From Octopus sinensis (Eukaryota): a stretch of DNA of 64,000 nt. A program made the position numbers and the translations under genes. Location of the stretch: assembly GCF_006345805.1 (NCBI RefSeq), contig NC_043017.1:29078001-29142000 (forward strand), read 5' to 3'. Under the pieces are notes generated by a model, which saw only the letters and a list, made by a program, of their open reading frames with translations, searched no databases and had not been told where the DNA came from. Numbering within the stretch: the first letter of the stretch is position 1; every line of letters starts with the position of its first letter. Positions 51,398 to 64,000 of this stretch are shown in pieces.

Positions 51398-52940
51398 ATT
51401 TTGCAAACCAAATACAAAAACTAAGTACTTATTTACTGTTAATAAGAAAGTTATACTCAGTTTTATTTTACGTTGGTACTTTAAAATTAAATAATTATTT
51501 TCCATTTTTAATCATAACATTAATAGGAGAAAACATTCTATCACAACTTTCATTTTGTTTTCTTTTATAAATTCTAATTCTATAAGATAATTTAGAGACT
51601 GGAAGTCTGAACTATGAATAATAACTGTTTTGCTTTACTTAGTTACGAGGGAAGTCACATCTTATTCACACATATTTGTCCCGATTTCAATATATAAATG
51701 TTATCTTTCTGCCTGAGGGCACTACACGTGACACAGGCTAAAGCACGTTCTAATTAATAAATTAGTAAGCGTTCAGATTTTACTCTGTATTATTACTTAA
51801 ATAATTATGTGAACGCATTTGTACTTGTTTTTGTTTTGTTTTTGCTTTTTGTTTATTCATACTCTTGGATTCTTTTGTTTTCCGTTTATTTATATTCATA
51901 GAATTATTTTTATTTATTGTTTACACTCTTGGGTGTTTTGCTTTTGTTTTTAATTGCATTTTTAATGCTATAAGTATACATAATATAACGAATGGAGTAA
52001 ATTGCCAGGCAGTTTTTAAAATAATAATATAAAAACTAATGGAAACGAAATTTTAAAAAAATAACTCAAAAGAAATTCGAACAATAGATTTAGTACTATA
52101 AAAAAAAACAAGAACCTTTAAGAAACAGGGGATAAAAAAGTGAGGAATTAAAATAAACCACAAAAGAATAGAAAAGACAAATTACGAAAGTAGGTCTTAT
52201 TCATCCATAAAAAAATTGAAGATAATCTTATTTTCTCTAAATTGGATCGGATCTAATTTAATATCATTTGTAGGTATTCCGGTTACCAAAATTTCTTGAC
52301 TCGATAATTTAATCATGAATTGATTTACTACTTACTTATCTAATGGCTTAAACATTATTCTCTTTCTTTCTCCCATTCTCTATCTTCCGTTTCTATATAT
52401 CTTTCTATATTTCATTCTTCTATCACAATTTCTAGTCTTAAAGCAAAGCTATTAAAGCATTGGAAAACAAATTTCCATTAACAATAGGCAGCCACACAGA
52501 CAGAATCTTAACTTCTGACAGTTTAACTACTGTTCATTGACAGAAGAGATTTAATTGAAAATCGAACTGCTACGTTCTATTGTTAGACAGACAAACTAAT
52601 TAAGTTTTCATGTATGATTGATTTGATATTCTTTGCAATGTTTATTTTATTTTTCATGTTTCCTGTCACGTTCAAATTTACAACACTAGAATAAATTACA
52701 CTAATATTAAGAATGGCGAAAGTTACAAATGGCCGAGTCAGTAGGGTACCAGTCAACCAACCGGAGATTCAGCCGAGCGTACTTCATCATTGCAAGAACA
52801 CTTTATTTTTGCCTAAGGAACATAATTCACAAAACGTATGAGCCAATCAAAAGTGTGAGTTTCAATACAGTTTCCCTACTTAATAGAAATGATAGCATAA
52901 CGTCCCTGAGACCAAATAACGCAAGTATACTAAGAAATCG

Positions 52941-53384
52941 GGATCTTTTCGGTTTGAACGGCAGTTTTTAACATAATTTCTAGGTAACTAAAAAATTTTA
53001 AACTTCGTATACTGGTAGAATGTGTTTATAAAACATCTTTTTCTCTTGGCTTTATTGAGAAAATTCTATTGTTTGTAAGATATTTGTTGTTTTTTTCTTC
53101 AATGTCTGCAATTTCAACCAATCAGTGACGTCTATTGAGTTAAAAAGCATTCAGGGTCGTATGAATATGTCCCTCGTTTCAGAAACAAATTGGGTTTATT
53201 TACATTTGTGAAAAAAAAATACCCTTCCCCCACCCCTAACCCTAACCCTAGCCCTAACTAACCTTAACTAACCCTAACCTTAAAAGAGATTGAAATGCAA
53301 TAGATCGATTCTAGGGTCATAATTATGGATGACAATTTCATATGACACCGCTAGAAAAAACTGCCGTTCAAACTGAAAAGATCC
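52941..53384. mobile_element. MITE with 29-bp TIRs and 8-bp TSD (Merlin-like), internal (CCCTAA)n
   Basis: TIR GGATCTTTTCGGTTTGAACGGCAGTTTTT; TSD AGAAATCG at 52933-52940 and 53385-53392. Confidence 0.88.
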
Positions 53385-53912
53385 AGAAATCGAGTGGCTC
53401 TATTTCATATGATCCTTATATAGATATTGTATTGAAAGCAAAAATAGTTGGTATGTCTTTGATGAAATGTTTTAATCCATCCCGGTATATATCCATGAGC
53501 GTTAATATACGGTTAAACACTGAACATGAGCGCTGTGAATATAAACGCTGTGAACATGACAATCTGATATATTTTACGCATATTTAATTTTACGTATTAT
53601 TTTCATGTGGAGAAAGACTAAGGTAATGGCTGGGTAAATGGTCTACTCTATGGTGAGAAACATTTCACTAATATCATTAATAGAATACTGTGCTAACAAG
53701 GTTGAGTTCGTTTGGGTCAGAGTAAAACTCAATTAGTGCTGACATGACTAAGTAATATGCGGATAGTCGTGTACAAGTACTACATACGTATTTAGGAGTA
53801 CGATCAAAATCAGAAGACGTTGCCATTGTTATTGCCTATGTTCGAATGAGAGCGATAAATGGAAGGGTGAGTATATTTTCTGAGGAGCAAACAAAGTCTT
53901 TTCAGACTAAAA

Positions 53913-54328
53913 TACTCTTTACCCTTTTACTCTTTTACTTGTTTCAGTCATTTGACTGCGGCCATGCCGGAGCACCGCCTTTAGTCGAGCAAATCGACCC
54001 TGGGACTTATTTTTTTGTAAGCCCAGTACTTATTTTATCGTTCCCTTTTGCCGAACCGCTAAGTTACGGGGACGTCAACCCACCAGCACTGGTTGTCAAG
54101 CAATGCTAGGGGGACAAACACAGACACGCAAACACACTCACATACATATATATATACATATATAGGACGGGCTTCTTTCAGTTTCCGTCTACCAAATCCA
54201 CTCACAAGGCATTGGTCGGCCCGGGGCTATAGCAGAAGACACTTGCCCAAGGTGCCACGCAGTGGGACTGAACCCGGAACCAAGTGGTTGGTAAACAAGC
54301 TACTTACCACACAGCCACTCCTGCGCCT
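53913..54328 (-). mobile_element. SINE family A
   Basis: Matches family A. Confidence 0.9.
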
Positions 54329-54903
54329 ACTGTTTAGAATATATCTCTTGATTCAAGATCGTAGACCAAACTTTGGGAATGTGCGAAGTTAGATACGAAA
54401 ATATAAATTTTCTTCATCCTCAGGTATACATCTTTAGATTAGCAGCAACCACGCGGTTAATATCGGCTCGTTGTGTTATTCCTCTTAGTGTTATTTTCAC
54501 TTAGAGTCTCGTGTCCGTGTGTTAAAGAGATTTAATGTTATTGGGTATTTTGGGGACGAGAGGGCAACCAAGTTTCCTTTTGCCAGATTTCCTACCGACA
54601 AAGATGTGTGTGGACGATTATCGACATAGTTAATATCGCTGATTTTTCTCACTTTCTTCCACTTTGTGGATTATCTCAATATTCCATGTGTTTCAACGTA
54701 TTTTCCTTCTTACGTTTCAACTGTTGAATGCCCATACATTTTGTGAATATTTTTGTGGATTGTAGTCAGAATATTGTGAAATATTTTTGTCGTTATCATA
54801 TATCACGAGAATATTCATTATGCCTGATTCTACTACACTATGTTTGAATCAAACGTTTTCTTATCGCAAGAAATGTTAAGTATGTCAGTCTAGCTTACGT
54901 GCA

Positions 54904-55301
54904 TCTTTATATATAAAAGTCAAGTTGTGTGGTGCCTGTCTCCTACGATTTAGATTCCTAACTACTCCCACATTTTGCGGTGCAGTTTAACCAAAACCGG
55001 GTATCTTATAGTCATGATTCATATCGAGCCCTTCTGGGTATCAGCGCGCGTCTACGATGAGTCTACGATTTAAAAAAAAATTACCTTCATTATTTTCCAT
55101 TTTAATGCATGTTTTTCGCTGTTATATAAGGGCAGTAACTCTCAAAAAATGTCTACGATGAGTCAACGATTTTAAAAAATTTACCATCATTTTTTTTTCC
55201 ATTTTTGATGCATTTTTCCCTATTTTTTGGCTATAACTCTCTAAAAATGCTTATATAGTTATTTCCTTACAAACCCGAGCAACGCTGGGTGATACTGCTA
55301 G
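54904..55301 (+). mobile_element. Non-autonomous Helitron, family H1
   Basis: A|TCTTTATATATAAAAG...GATACTGCTAG|T; aligns to the 20240 copy. Confidence 0.9.
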
Positions 55302-55703
55302 TTTGTGATAAACCGACAAAGTGCATCTTAAATCAGAAAAGCTTATAACATCATAGATCTAGTATCCTGAATGGGGCAATTTGAAAATATTCTCGGGGTG
55401 GTGGAATACAGAATCTGAATGTGCTGTACAACTCCAATGTTATGCGGGGCAAGACTTTGTTAAATGATATCATATCACCAGTGAAATTCTTAGTATCACG
55501 TGGAATACATTTGAACGTTAGATATTTCTTTTAGAAACTTCTTTTCTACATGAAAGCTCAAGCGGATCTGTGAAAAACTAAACAGTCGCAGAAAGATATG
55601 AAAGAGTGGCTGGCAGTATTGTTGGATAATAAAATAAGAAAAGTTACTATGTCCTACATTTATAGACACTGGAGTTACAAAATTTTAGTAAAGTCTACAA
55701 TAT

Positions 55704-56038
55704 GGAAGCACTCCGTCGGTTACGACGATGAGGGTTACGGTTGATCCGACCAACGGAACAGCCTGCTCGTGAAATTAACGTGTAAGTGGCTGAGCACTCC
55801 ATAGGAACGTGTACCCTTAACGTAGTTCTCGGGGATATTCAGCGTGACACAGAGAGTGACAAGGCCGGCCCTTTGAAATACAGGTACAACAGAAACAGGA
55901 AGAAAGAGTGAGAGAAAGTTGTGGTGAAAGAGTACAGCAGGGATCACCACCATCCCCTGCCGGAGCCTCGTGGAACTTTAGGTGTTTTCGCTCAATAAAC
56001 ACTCACAACACCTAACCACTGGGCCATTGTGCCTCCAC
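55704..56038 (-). mobile_element. SINE family B with deletion in head
   Basis: TSD CTACAATAT; B-box region missing. Confidence 0.88.
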
Positions 56039-57029
56039 GACTACAATATATGCCATATACATAACAACAAGAAATAGTTCAACTAGAATAGTGGAAAGAG
56101 AATTAAGGTATGGACGAGAAGATCCCAAACTGGAGCTTGCCTGCGAAGATTTACATCTTCGTAGTGAATCGTTTGCCAGCCCAGTTGAAAAAGGCCATGT
56201 TAGAATTTGAAGGGATGAGAAAGAAAAAATAAATGTTAAACAAATACTGTTGCAGATGAGCTGTAGACGTATTTAAATGATATTCACCACACAAAGAAAG
56301 AATTACTGTTGGCGGCAAAATTCTCAAAGGACATAAGAGTATAATTCAGCCAGGATGAATGAGTGCGTGTATATATATATATGTATGTATGTATATATAT
56401 ATATGTGTGTGTGTGGTGTATATTAGATTGGCAATCGATGAAAAGCTATTGACAAGAGAATGAATATTTACATTTTAATATCCTATCTAACTTCCCTGTC
56501 TACAATGATGAATGGTACACGCATCTTGAAATTAGTGCGAATGTTCCATACTTTACGTTATAAGTAAGTTACAGAGGCGAATGAACACTTCAGCTGTCTT
56601 CGGAAAGTACGGAAGTCAGAGATAGCTACTTTGAATATGGTATATGTTTTAACACTTTTACACTATTATTTTAAGCATCAGCGTTCGTGATACTACAAAA
56701 AAACACTTCAATGTATTTTTTTCTTAATTTCCATATATTCTCATTCAACGATCCCTGAACGATTCCAGAAAATGTTTAAAGGATGTAAGATACCATTCGA
56801 TGAAAACGAACGCGTGGTAAAATTTTTGTGAAGCAAAAATAGTTAGTCCATACTAGCAATCACAACAATTCTTGCCTTCTCTCTCTCACACACACACACA
56901 CTCTCTCTCTCTCTCTCACTCTCTATTTCCCTCTCTGCCTTTCTGTCTCAATCTCATTATCTTCGTCTCGCTCTCTCTCACTTTATTTCACTACACACAT
57001 CTGCATATACACACAGAAACGCATACAAC

Positions 57030-57064
57030 ATGTATAAATATATATATATACATATATATATACA

Positions 57065-57108
<44 letters not shown>

Positions 57109-57149
57109 ACAATATATATATATATACATATATACATATATATACATAC

Positions 57150-57183
<34 letters not shown>

Positions 57184-57201
57184 AAATATATTTATATATA
57201 T

Positions 57202-57242
<41 letters not shown>

Positions 57243-57347
57243 AAATATATTTATATATATACATATATATATATATATTATATATATATATACATACATA
57301 TATATATAATATATATATATATATATACAAAATATATTTATATATAT

Positions 57348-57392
<45 letters not shown>

Positions 57393-57425
57393 AAATATAT
57401 TATATATATACATACATGTATATAT

Positions 57426-57501
<76 letters not shown>
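57030..57501. repeat. TA-rich microsatellite with higher-order ACAAAATATATT units
   Basis: Direct inspection. Confidence 0.9.
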
Positions 57502-57504
<3 letters not shown>

Positions 57505-58372
57505 GAGAGAGAGAGGGAACATGAGGGAGATCAATATTATAAGCTGAGAGTGACAGCATGCATCAATGCACGTTACAAACGGTTCATTTCTGATGACCTA
57601 CAATAGAACATATTCTATTATTAAACAAGTCTATTTCATCTGTTACCCTATTAGAGTCATTTAGACACACTCGCTGTTTACATCGATGCAACTATTCTAA
57701 AAAAAATAAGCAACAATTATACAAATTCGTCGCTGTTTACAAAATAAAAACCAACAATAGAAAATTGAAATAAAATTCATAGAAATAATCATAAGAATTC
57801 ATACATAGAAAAATGTGTGTTTGCTTTTGTGTGTGTGTGGATGTATGTGATTCGAATCTTTGTATTGCCTCAAATATTCATATTTAACTCCATTAGTGAA
57901 TTTATTGAATATCTAGCCGTAATATATACAAATATATACAAATTTGATTATACGTAGTTGTGAATATTTAAATAAATATATATATAACGAAATTAAGATG
58001 TCATTTATAAATTTATATATGAAAGGCCGAGAGAAACGGATGCCTGCTTTTCTAACCGTAAAGACAACATAGCCGCAAAAATAAACAGAATTTTACAAAA
58101 GGTTAAGGTAAGAAATATAACTAATAAAATTAAGAAAATATATATAAATAGTAGGGGTTAGGAAAATGTAACACTTAAATATTAGTTTTGAAAGTTTCCT
58201 TCCGCAAACATTACAGTTCCCATACTTAGAATGGAAGTTTCTGCATGGTTATTGATCGCTAGAAATAGTAGACAAAGGTGATATAGATTTCCAGTAATGT
58301 AAAATAATGTGAAATCTGAAATATTTTTTAAAAGGCTTATTGTAGGATTAAAGACGGAATATATAAATCCAA

Positions 58373-59404
58373 TGCTTGCATCATTCAAACCATCGTATGT
58401 GCGATTGGAGTTAGCGGATAACAATGTATCTTTTGCAGAGTTAATACCCCTGCTCCTTTAGGTTCTGAACTTCGTTGACGTCTCCTGATGAAATCTTGCT
58501 ATTGCCTCGTGTTATGTTTCGCAACAGAGTTACGATTAATTTTGATCTTTTAGGCTATTTTCTATAGGAAGTTCTATAGGAAGATCTAATCCTTGCATCC
58601 TTCAAACCATCGTATGTGCGATTGGATAACAATGTATCTTTTGCAGGGTTAATATCCCTGCTCCTTTAGGTTCTGATCTTTGTTGACGTCTACTGATGAA
58701 ATCTTGCTATTGCTTCGTGTTATGTTTCGCAACAGGGTTACGATTCAATTTTGATCTTTTAGACTATTTTCTATAGAAGTTCTATAGGAAGATCTATCCT
58801 TGCATCCTTCAACCATCGTATGTGCGATTGGATAACAACGTATCTTTTGCAGGGTTAATATCCCTGCTCTTTAGGTTCTGATCTTTGTTGAGTCTACTGA
58901 TGAAATCTTGCTATTGCTTCGTGTTATGTTTCGCAACAGGGTTACGATTCAATTTTGATCTTTTAGACTATTTTCTATAGGAAGTTCTATAGGAAGATCT
59001 AATCCTTGCATCTTTCAAACCATCGTATGTGCGATTGAATAACAATGTGTCTTTTGCAGGGTTAATATCCCTGCTCCTTTAGGTTCTGATCTTTGTTGAC
59101 GTCTACTGATGAAATCTTGCTATTGCTTCGTGTTATGTTTCGCAACAGGGTTACGATTAATTTTGATCTTTTAGGCTATTTTCTATAGGAAGTTCTATAG
59201 GAAGATCTAATCCTTGCATCCTTCAAACCATCGTATGTGCGATTGGATAACAATGTATCTTTTGCAGGGTTAATATCCCTGCTCCTTTAGGTTCTGATCT
59301 TTGTTGACGTCTACTGATGAAATCTTGCTATTGCTTCGTGTTATGTTTCGCAACAGAGTTACGATTCAATTTTGATCTTTTAGACTATTTTCTATAGGAA
59401 GTTC
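58373..59404. repeat. ~208-bp tandem satellite, 5 units
   Basis: AACCATCGTATGTGCGATTG at 58388, 58605, 58811, 59018, 59226. Confidence 0.95.
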
Positions 59405-60378
59405 AACATGTAACTGAATACGATTTCTCAACTCAGCTGTAGCATCCAACATCAAAGTAGTCTGACTAGTGGTACGTAACAGACCGAGGGTCAGGTAATA
59501 TGAATAATATGTTGACTACTACGAGCTAATGGATGTATGTCTCCACTCAGACTTATTATATATCAAACCCCGAATGTGCAGAAAAGTCGGGGATCTGGCA
59601 CATTTATTAAGTTCTCAGACATGACGCTTAAAGGCAGTTGTTTTACTTTTCACATCCTGATTTCAAATCCCCTTGAGATCAACTTTGTTTTCCATACATT
59701 CCGGGTTCGATAAAGTAAAGGGCCACTCATATATTTGTACAGATATAAAAGACTTGACCCCTCTAAGATCTATTAGCCTTGAATCCTGCAATGGAACGGC
59801 GTCCAGTTGAAGGGAGTGTAGTGATCTCAGTGACTTCTACACTGTGTGTATGCATATGTGTATAGTGAAATAAAGTGAGAGAAAGAGAGAGAGAGAGTGA
59901 GACGAAGCTAATGAGAGTGAGACAGAAAGGCAGAGGGAGAAAGAGAGAGTGTGTGTGCGTGTGTGAGAAGGCAAGAATTGTTGTGATTGCTAGTATGGAC
60001 TTGTTATTATGTTTGCTTCACGAAAATGTTATCCCGCCTTCGTTTTCATCGAATGGTATCTTACATACTTTAAACATTATCTGGAATTGCTCAGGGAGCG
60101 TTGAATGAGAATATATGGAAATTAAGAAAATTACATTGAAGTCTTTTTTGTAGCATCACGAACCGGTCTTATTAATACTGAACTTCGAGAAAAATCGGTT
60201 CAAGATAATGCATTCCACAGAATACTGTTTTTATTGGAAGTACAACGATGTAGGCTTTTAGTCATGATGGCCAGTCTGAAAATATCAAGATCGTATATTT
60301 CTTCCACTACCATCTGAAAATCTGTAAAACATTAATGCTTGCTGTCTTTCTATATTTTATTTAGCTATAAAAGAACAC

Positions 60379-60893
60379 GTGGAGGCGCGTGGCTTAGTGG
60401 TTAGGGGGTCAGCACCATAATCGTAGGGTTGTGGCTTCGATTCCTGAACCGGGCGACGCATTGTGTTCTTGAGCAAAACACTTTATTTCACGTTGCTCCA
60501 GTCCACTCAGCTGGCAAAAATGAGTAACGCTGCGATGGACTGGCGTCCCGTCCAGCTGGGGAACACATGCGCCATAGAAACCGGGAAACCGGGCCCATGA
60601 GCCTGGCAAGGCTTTAAAAGGGTGCATTTATTTGTGGAGGCGCGTGGCTTAGTTTTTAGGATATCAGCACCATGATCGTAGGGTTGTGGTTTCGATTTCT
60701 GGACCGGGTGGCGTGTTGTATTCTTGAGCTAAACACTTCATTTCACGTTGCTCCAGTCCACTCAGCTGGCAAAAAGGATTAACGCTGCGATGGACAGGCG
60801 TCCCGTCCAGCTGGGGAACACATACGCCATAAAAACCGGGAAACGGGTCCCATGAGCCTGGCTAAGCTTTAAAAGGGCGCATTTATTTATTTA
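60379..60893 (+). mobile_element. SINE family D head-to-tail dimer
   Basis: Units 60379-60633 and 60634-60893; single 14-bp TSD CTATAAAAGAACAC around the pair. Confidence 0.92.
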
Positions 60894-61031
60894 CTATAAA
60901 AGAACACCTAGCATCTTAAGCTCTAAGATATGGGCGGTGGTCCATTGTGTTATTCTAAGATATGGGTGTTCCGTTGTGTTATTCTCCATTATCTCAAATC
61001 ACACTTACGTTTCAGTCATAATCTCTCACAG

Positions 61032-61416
61032 TGGAGGCGCAATGGCCCAGTGGTTAGGGCAGCGGACTCGCGGTCATAGGGTCGCGGTTTCGATTCCCAG
61101 ACCGGGCGTTGTGAGTGTTTATTGAGCGAAAACACTTAAAGCTCCACGAGGCTCCGGCAGGGGATGGTGGTGATCCCTGCTGTACTCTTTCACCACAACT
61201 TTCTCTCACTCTTACTTCCTGTTTCTGTTGTACCTGTATTTCAAGGGGCCGGCCTTGTCACTCTCTGTGTCACGCTGAATATCCTTGAGAACTATGTTAA
61301 GGGTACACGTGTCTGTGGAGTGCTCAGCCACTTACACGTTAATTTCACGAGCAGGCCGTTCCGTTGATTCGGATCAACCGGAGCCCTCGTCGTCGTAACC
61401 GACGGAGTGCTTCCAC
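61032..61416 (+). mobile_element. SINE family B, full length
   Basis: A box TGGCCCAGTGG, B box GGTTTCGATTCCC; TSD AATCTCTCACAG. Confidence 0.92.
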
Positions 61417-61705
61417 AATCTCTCACAGCATTTATTTTCGTCTGATCTATCTTGTTGATTCTTACTCTGTCTGACTGTCTTTCAGCCCATCTGCCCCACC
61501 TCTCTTCCTCTGTATCTTCTATGGTATCCTGTTGTTTCTATTCATAATTGTATATGTTGATGTCTTAAAGTATTTTAGAAATCACCGTTATCATCATCAT
61601 CATCACCAACAACATCGTCATCATCGCATCGTTGTCATCCTCGCTGTCGTGATTTTCGACGTCGTCGACCTTATCAACACCATAGTCATGAGCGTCACCA
61701 TAGTC

Positions 61706-61727
61706 ACTACTACTACTACTACTATTA

Positions 61728-61762
<35 letters not shown>

Positions 61763-61931
61763 ACTACTACCACTACTACTTCTGCTACTACTACTACTGC
61801 CGCTACTACTACTACTACTACTACTACTACTGCTACTACTACAACTACTACTACTACTACCACCACTACTTCTACTACTGCTACATCAACAACAACAACT
61901 ACTACTACTACAACTACTACTACTACTAATT

Positions 61932-61965
<34 letters not shown>

Positions 61966-61972
61966 CACCAAC
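61706..61972. repeat. (ACT)n/(GCT)n trinucleotide microsatellite
   Basis: Direct inspection; source of the poly-Thr and poly-Val ORFs. Confidence 0.95.
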
Positions 61973-63018
61973 CGAGTAAATATTTCGTTCGCGAGACGCA
62001 CAATAATGGGCGCTTTATATATTCCGTTTCTTTTATTTTTTTACATCATTTGTACCTTAACCTCATCTTCAGTCGAAGACATGCGACCCAATCTCATGGT
62101 ATTGACCATAATTAAAAAATGCTGCCCATGATTCATCCTCTCACGTCGCGATTACCTGACTGTTATATGAGTGACAGACGACACAGGATGTTTCAGACAA
62201 GCTACCGTAAACTGTAGTCTGCTATTGTAGAAGAAGTTAAGTCACGTGTTCAAGGACAGATTTAATGTCTTTAAGCCCAAATCATATCAAGCGAACTAGG
62301 GATCTTTCTATGTGGTCAATTGGCATAGAAACTTCGAGCAAATCATCTCCCACACATCATATAATTTCATCTGAAAAAAATGTGCAAGCTACATTAGATG
62401 CTTCTGAAATTGATATCGAAATAGAAAAGAAAACACTATCGTTGACCTTTTAAGGTCTTAGATCAATGTGACCTACTCCATGATGGCTGATCTGAGTATA
62501 ACCTCCGGAAGCGAAAAAGTAAAGCATTCTATAACCAAGACATGATTCGTAAATATTCCTCTTTATCAAATTTCACTGATTTTTCTAATTTATTAACAGT
62601 TCTACTGAAATCGTGGCGAAACACAATTATAAACGAAGTGACCTAACTTCTAAAGGAAAAATGCAAAATGAAAATGCAAATTTCATTTTTGCAAATGCAA
62701 CTCCATTTATAGATGACGTGCTGTTTCTCTTCATTTGAGATCTTTAGAAATGTGTAGAGCTTGTAACAAGAGGAGAACATTAGATGCATTTTATCTGTAG
62801 AAGCAAACAACAACTGAGTATTTGATACGTTTTATCTGTACAAATGCAGACGTGTGAGAGATGTGAGGTTTGGGGGTTGAGAGGGAGTTAGTGAGCTGTT
62901 CGATGAATACATCAATTAAATGATTTTCATCGAGCTTCCGTACAGAATGTATCGAAAGTAAAAATATTTTGCAGAATTCGCAAACATTAGGTTGTTATAC
63001 ATGTAAATATTCTCCCGT

Positions 63019-64000
63019 ATAGAGAAAATATCAGGAATATTATTATATCAGTAAATATCAGAAATATTATTATATCAGTAAATATCAGAAATATAGAGAA
63101 ATATTATTATATCAGAAAATATCAGAAGTATAGAGAAAATATCAGAAATATTATTATATCAGCAATTATCAGAAATATAGAGAAATATTATTATATCAGA
63201 AAATATCAGAAATATAGAGAAATATTATTATATCAGAAAATATCAGAAATATAGAGAAATATTATTATATCAGTAAATATCAGAAATATAGAGAAATATA
63301 TATAATAAAATATCAGAAATATTATTACATCAGTAAATATCAGAAATGTAGAGAAATATTATATCAGAAAATACCAGAAATATTATTATATCAGTAAATA
63401 TCAGAAATATAGAGAAATATTATTATATCTGAAAATATCAGAAATATTATTACATCAGTAAATATCAGAAATGTAGAGAAATATTATATCAGAAAATACC
63501 AGAAATATTATTATATCAGTAAATATCAGAAATATAGAGAAATATTATTATATCTGAAAATATCAGAAATATTATTATATCAGTAAATATCAGAAATATA
63601 GAGAAATATTATTATATCAGAAAATATCAGAAATATAGAGAAATATTATTATATCTAAAAATATCAGAAATGTAGAGAAATATTATTATATCTGAAAATA
63701 TCAGAAATATTATAATATCAGTAAATATCAGAAATATAGAGAAATATTATTATATCAGAAAATATCAGAAATATAGAGAAATATTATTATATCTGAAAAT
63801 ATCAGAAATATTATAATTTTAGTAAATATCAGAAATATAGAGAAATATTATTATATCAGAAAATATCAGAAATATAGAGAAATATTATTATATCTGAAAA
63901 TATCAGAAATATTATAATATCAGTAAATATCAGAAATATAGAGAAATATTATTATATCAGAAAATATCAGAAATATAGAGAAATATTATTATATCAGAAA
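63019..64000. repeat. AT-rich minisatellite (AAATATCAG / AAATATAGAG / AAATATTATTATATCAG modules), runs off the window
   Basis: Direct inspection; ~36-bp and ~59-bp composite periods. Confidence 0.95.

Noticed and set aside
53234-53281. Telomere or chromosome-fusion site
   Set aside because: Short, degenerate and enclosed in a MITE with TIRs and TSD
58486-59320. CTGATGA in each 208-bp unit as a possible hammerhead
   Set aside because: No GAAA box, stem II or stem III on that strand
61032-61105. SINE heads as functional tRNA genes
   Set aside because: Continue into SINE bodies with TSDs; acceptor stems incomplete
61532-62131. 199-aa Thr-rich mucin-like ORF
   Set aside because: Arises from (CAT)n and (ACT)n microsatellites; non-ATG start and no other support

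Overview
AT-rich, repeat-dense, non-genic animal DNA. The tRNA-derived SINE families and the abundance of (TA)n/(TG)n tracts suggest an octopus or other cephalopod (inference). I found no intact host gene: almost all ORFs in the track are microsatellite or SINE read-through. The window holds about 30 tRNA-SINE copies in five modular families (my labels A-E), five non-autonomous Helitrons, a shattered piggyBac transposase, an R4/Dong-like retrotransposon 3' fragment, several MITEs (mariner, Tc1, Tigger-like, one with an 8-bp TSD), tandem arrays and large hairpins. The most notable signal is a set of type I hammerhead ribozyme (HHR) motifs with palindromic stem III. Three sit one per unit in a highly structured ~473-bp tandem array (16981-18625) whose right end falls within a few nt of the predicted self-cleavage site, making it a candidate retrozyme or Penelope-derived circular-RNA retroelement. 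At least four more solitary HHRs and several decayed ones lie in short fragments ending at (TA)n tracts. All calls are by eye; no database search or folding program was run.
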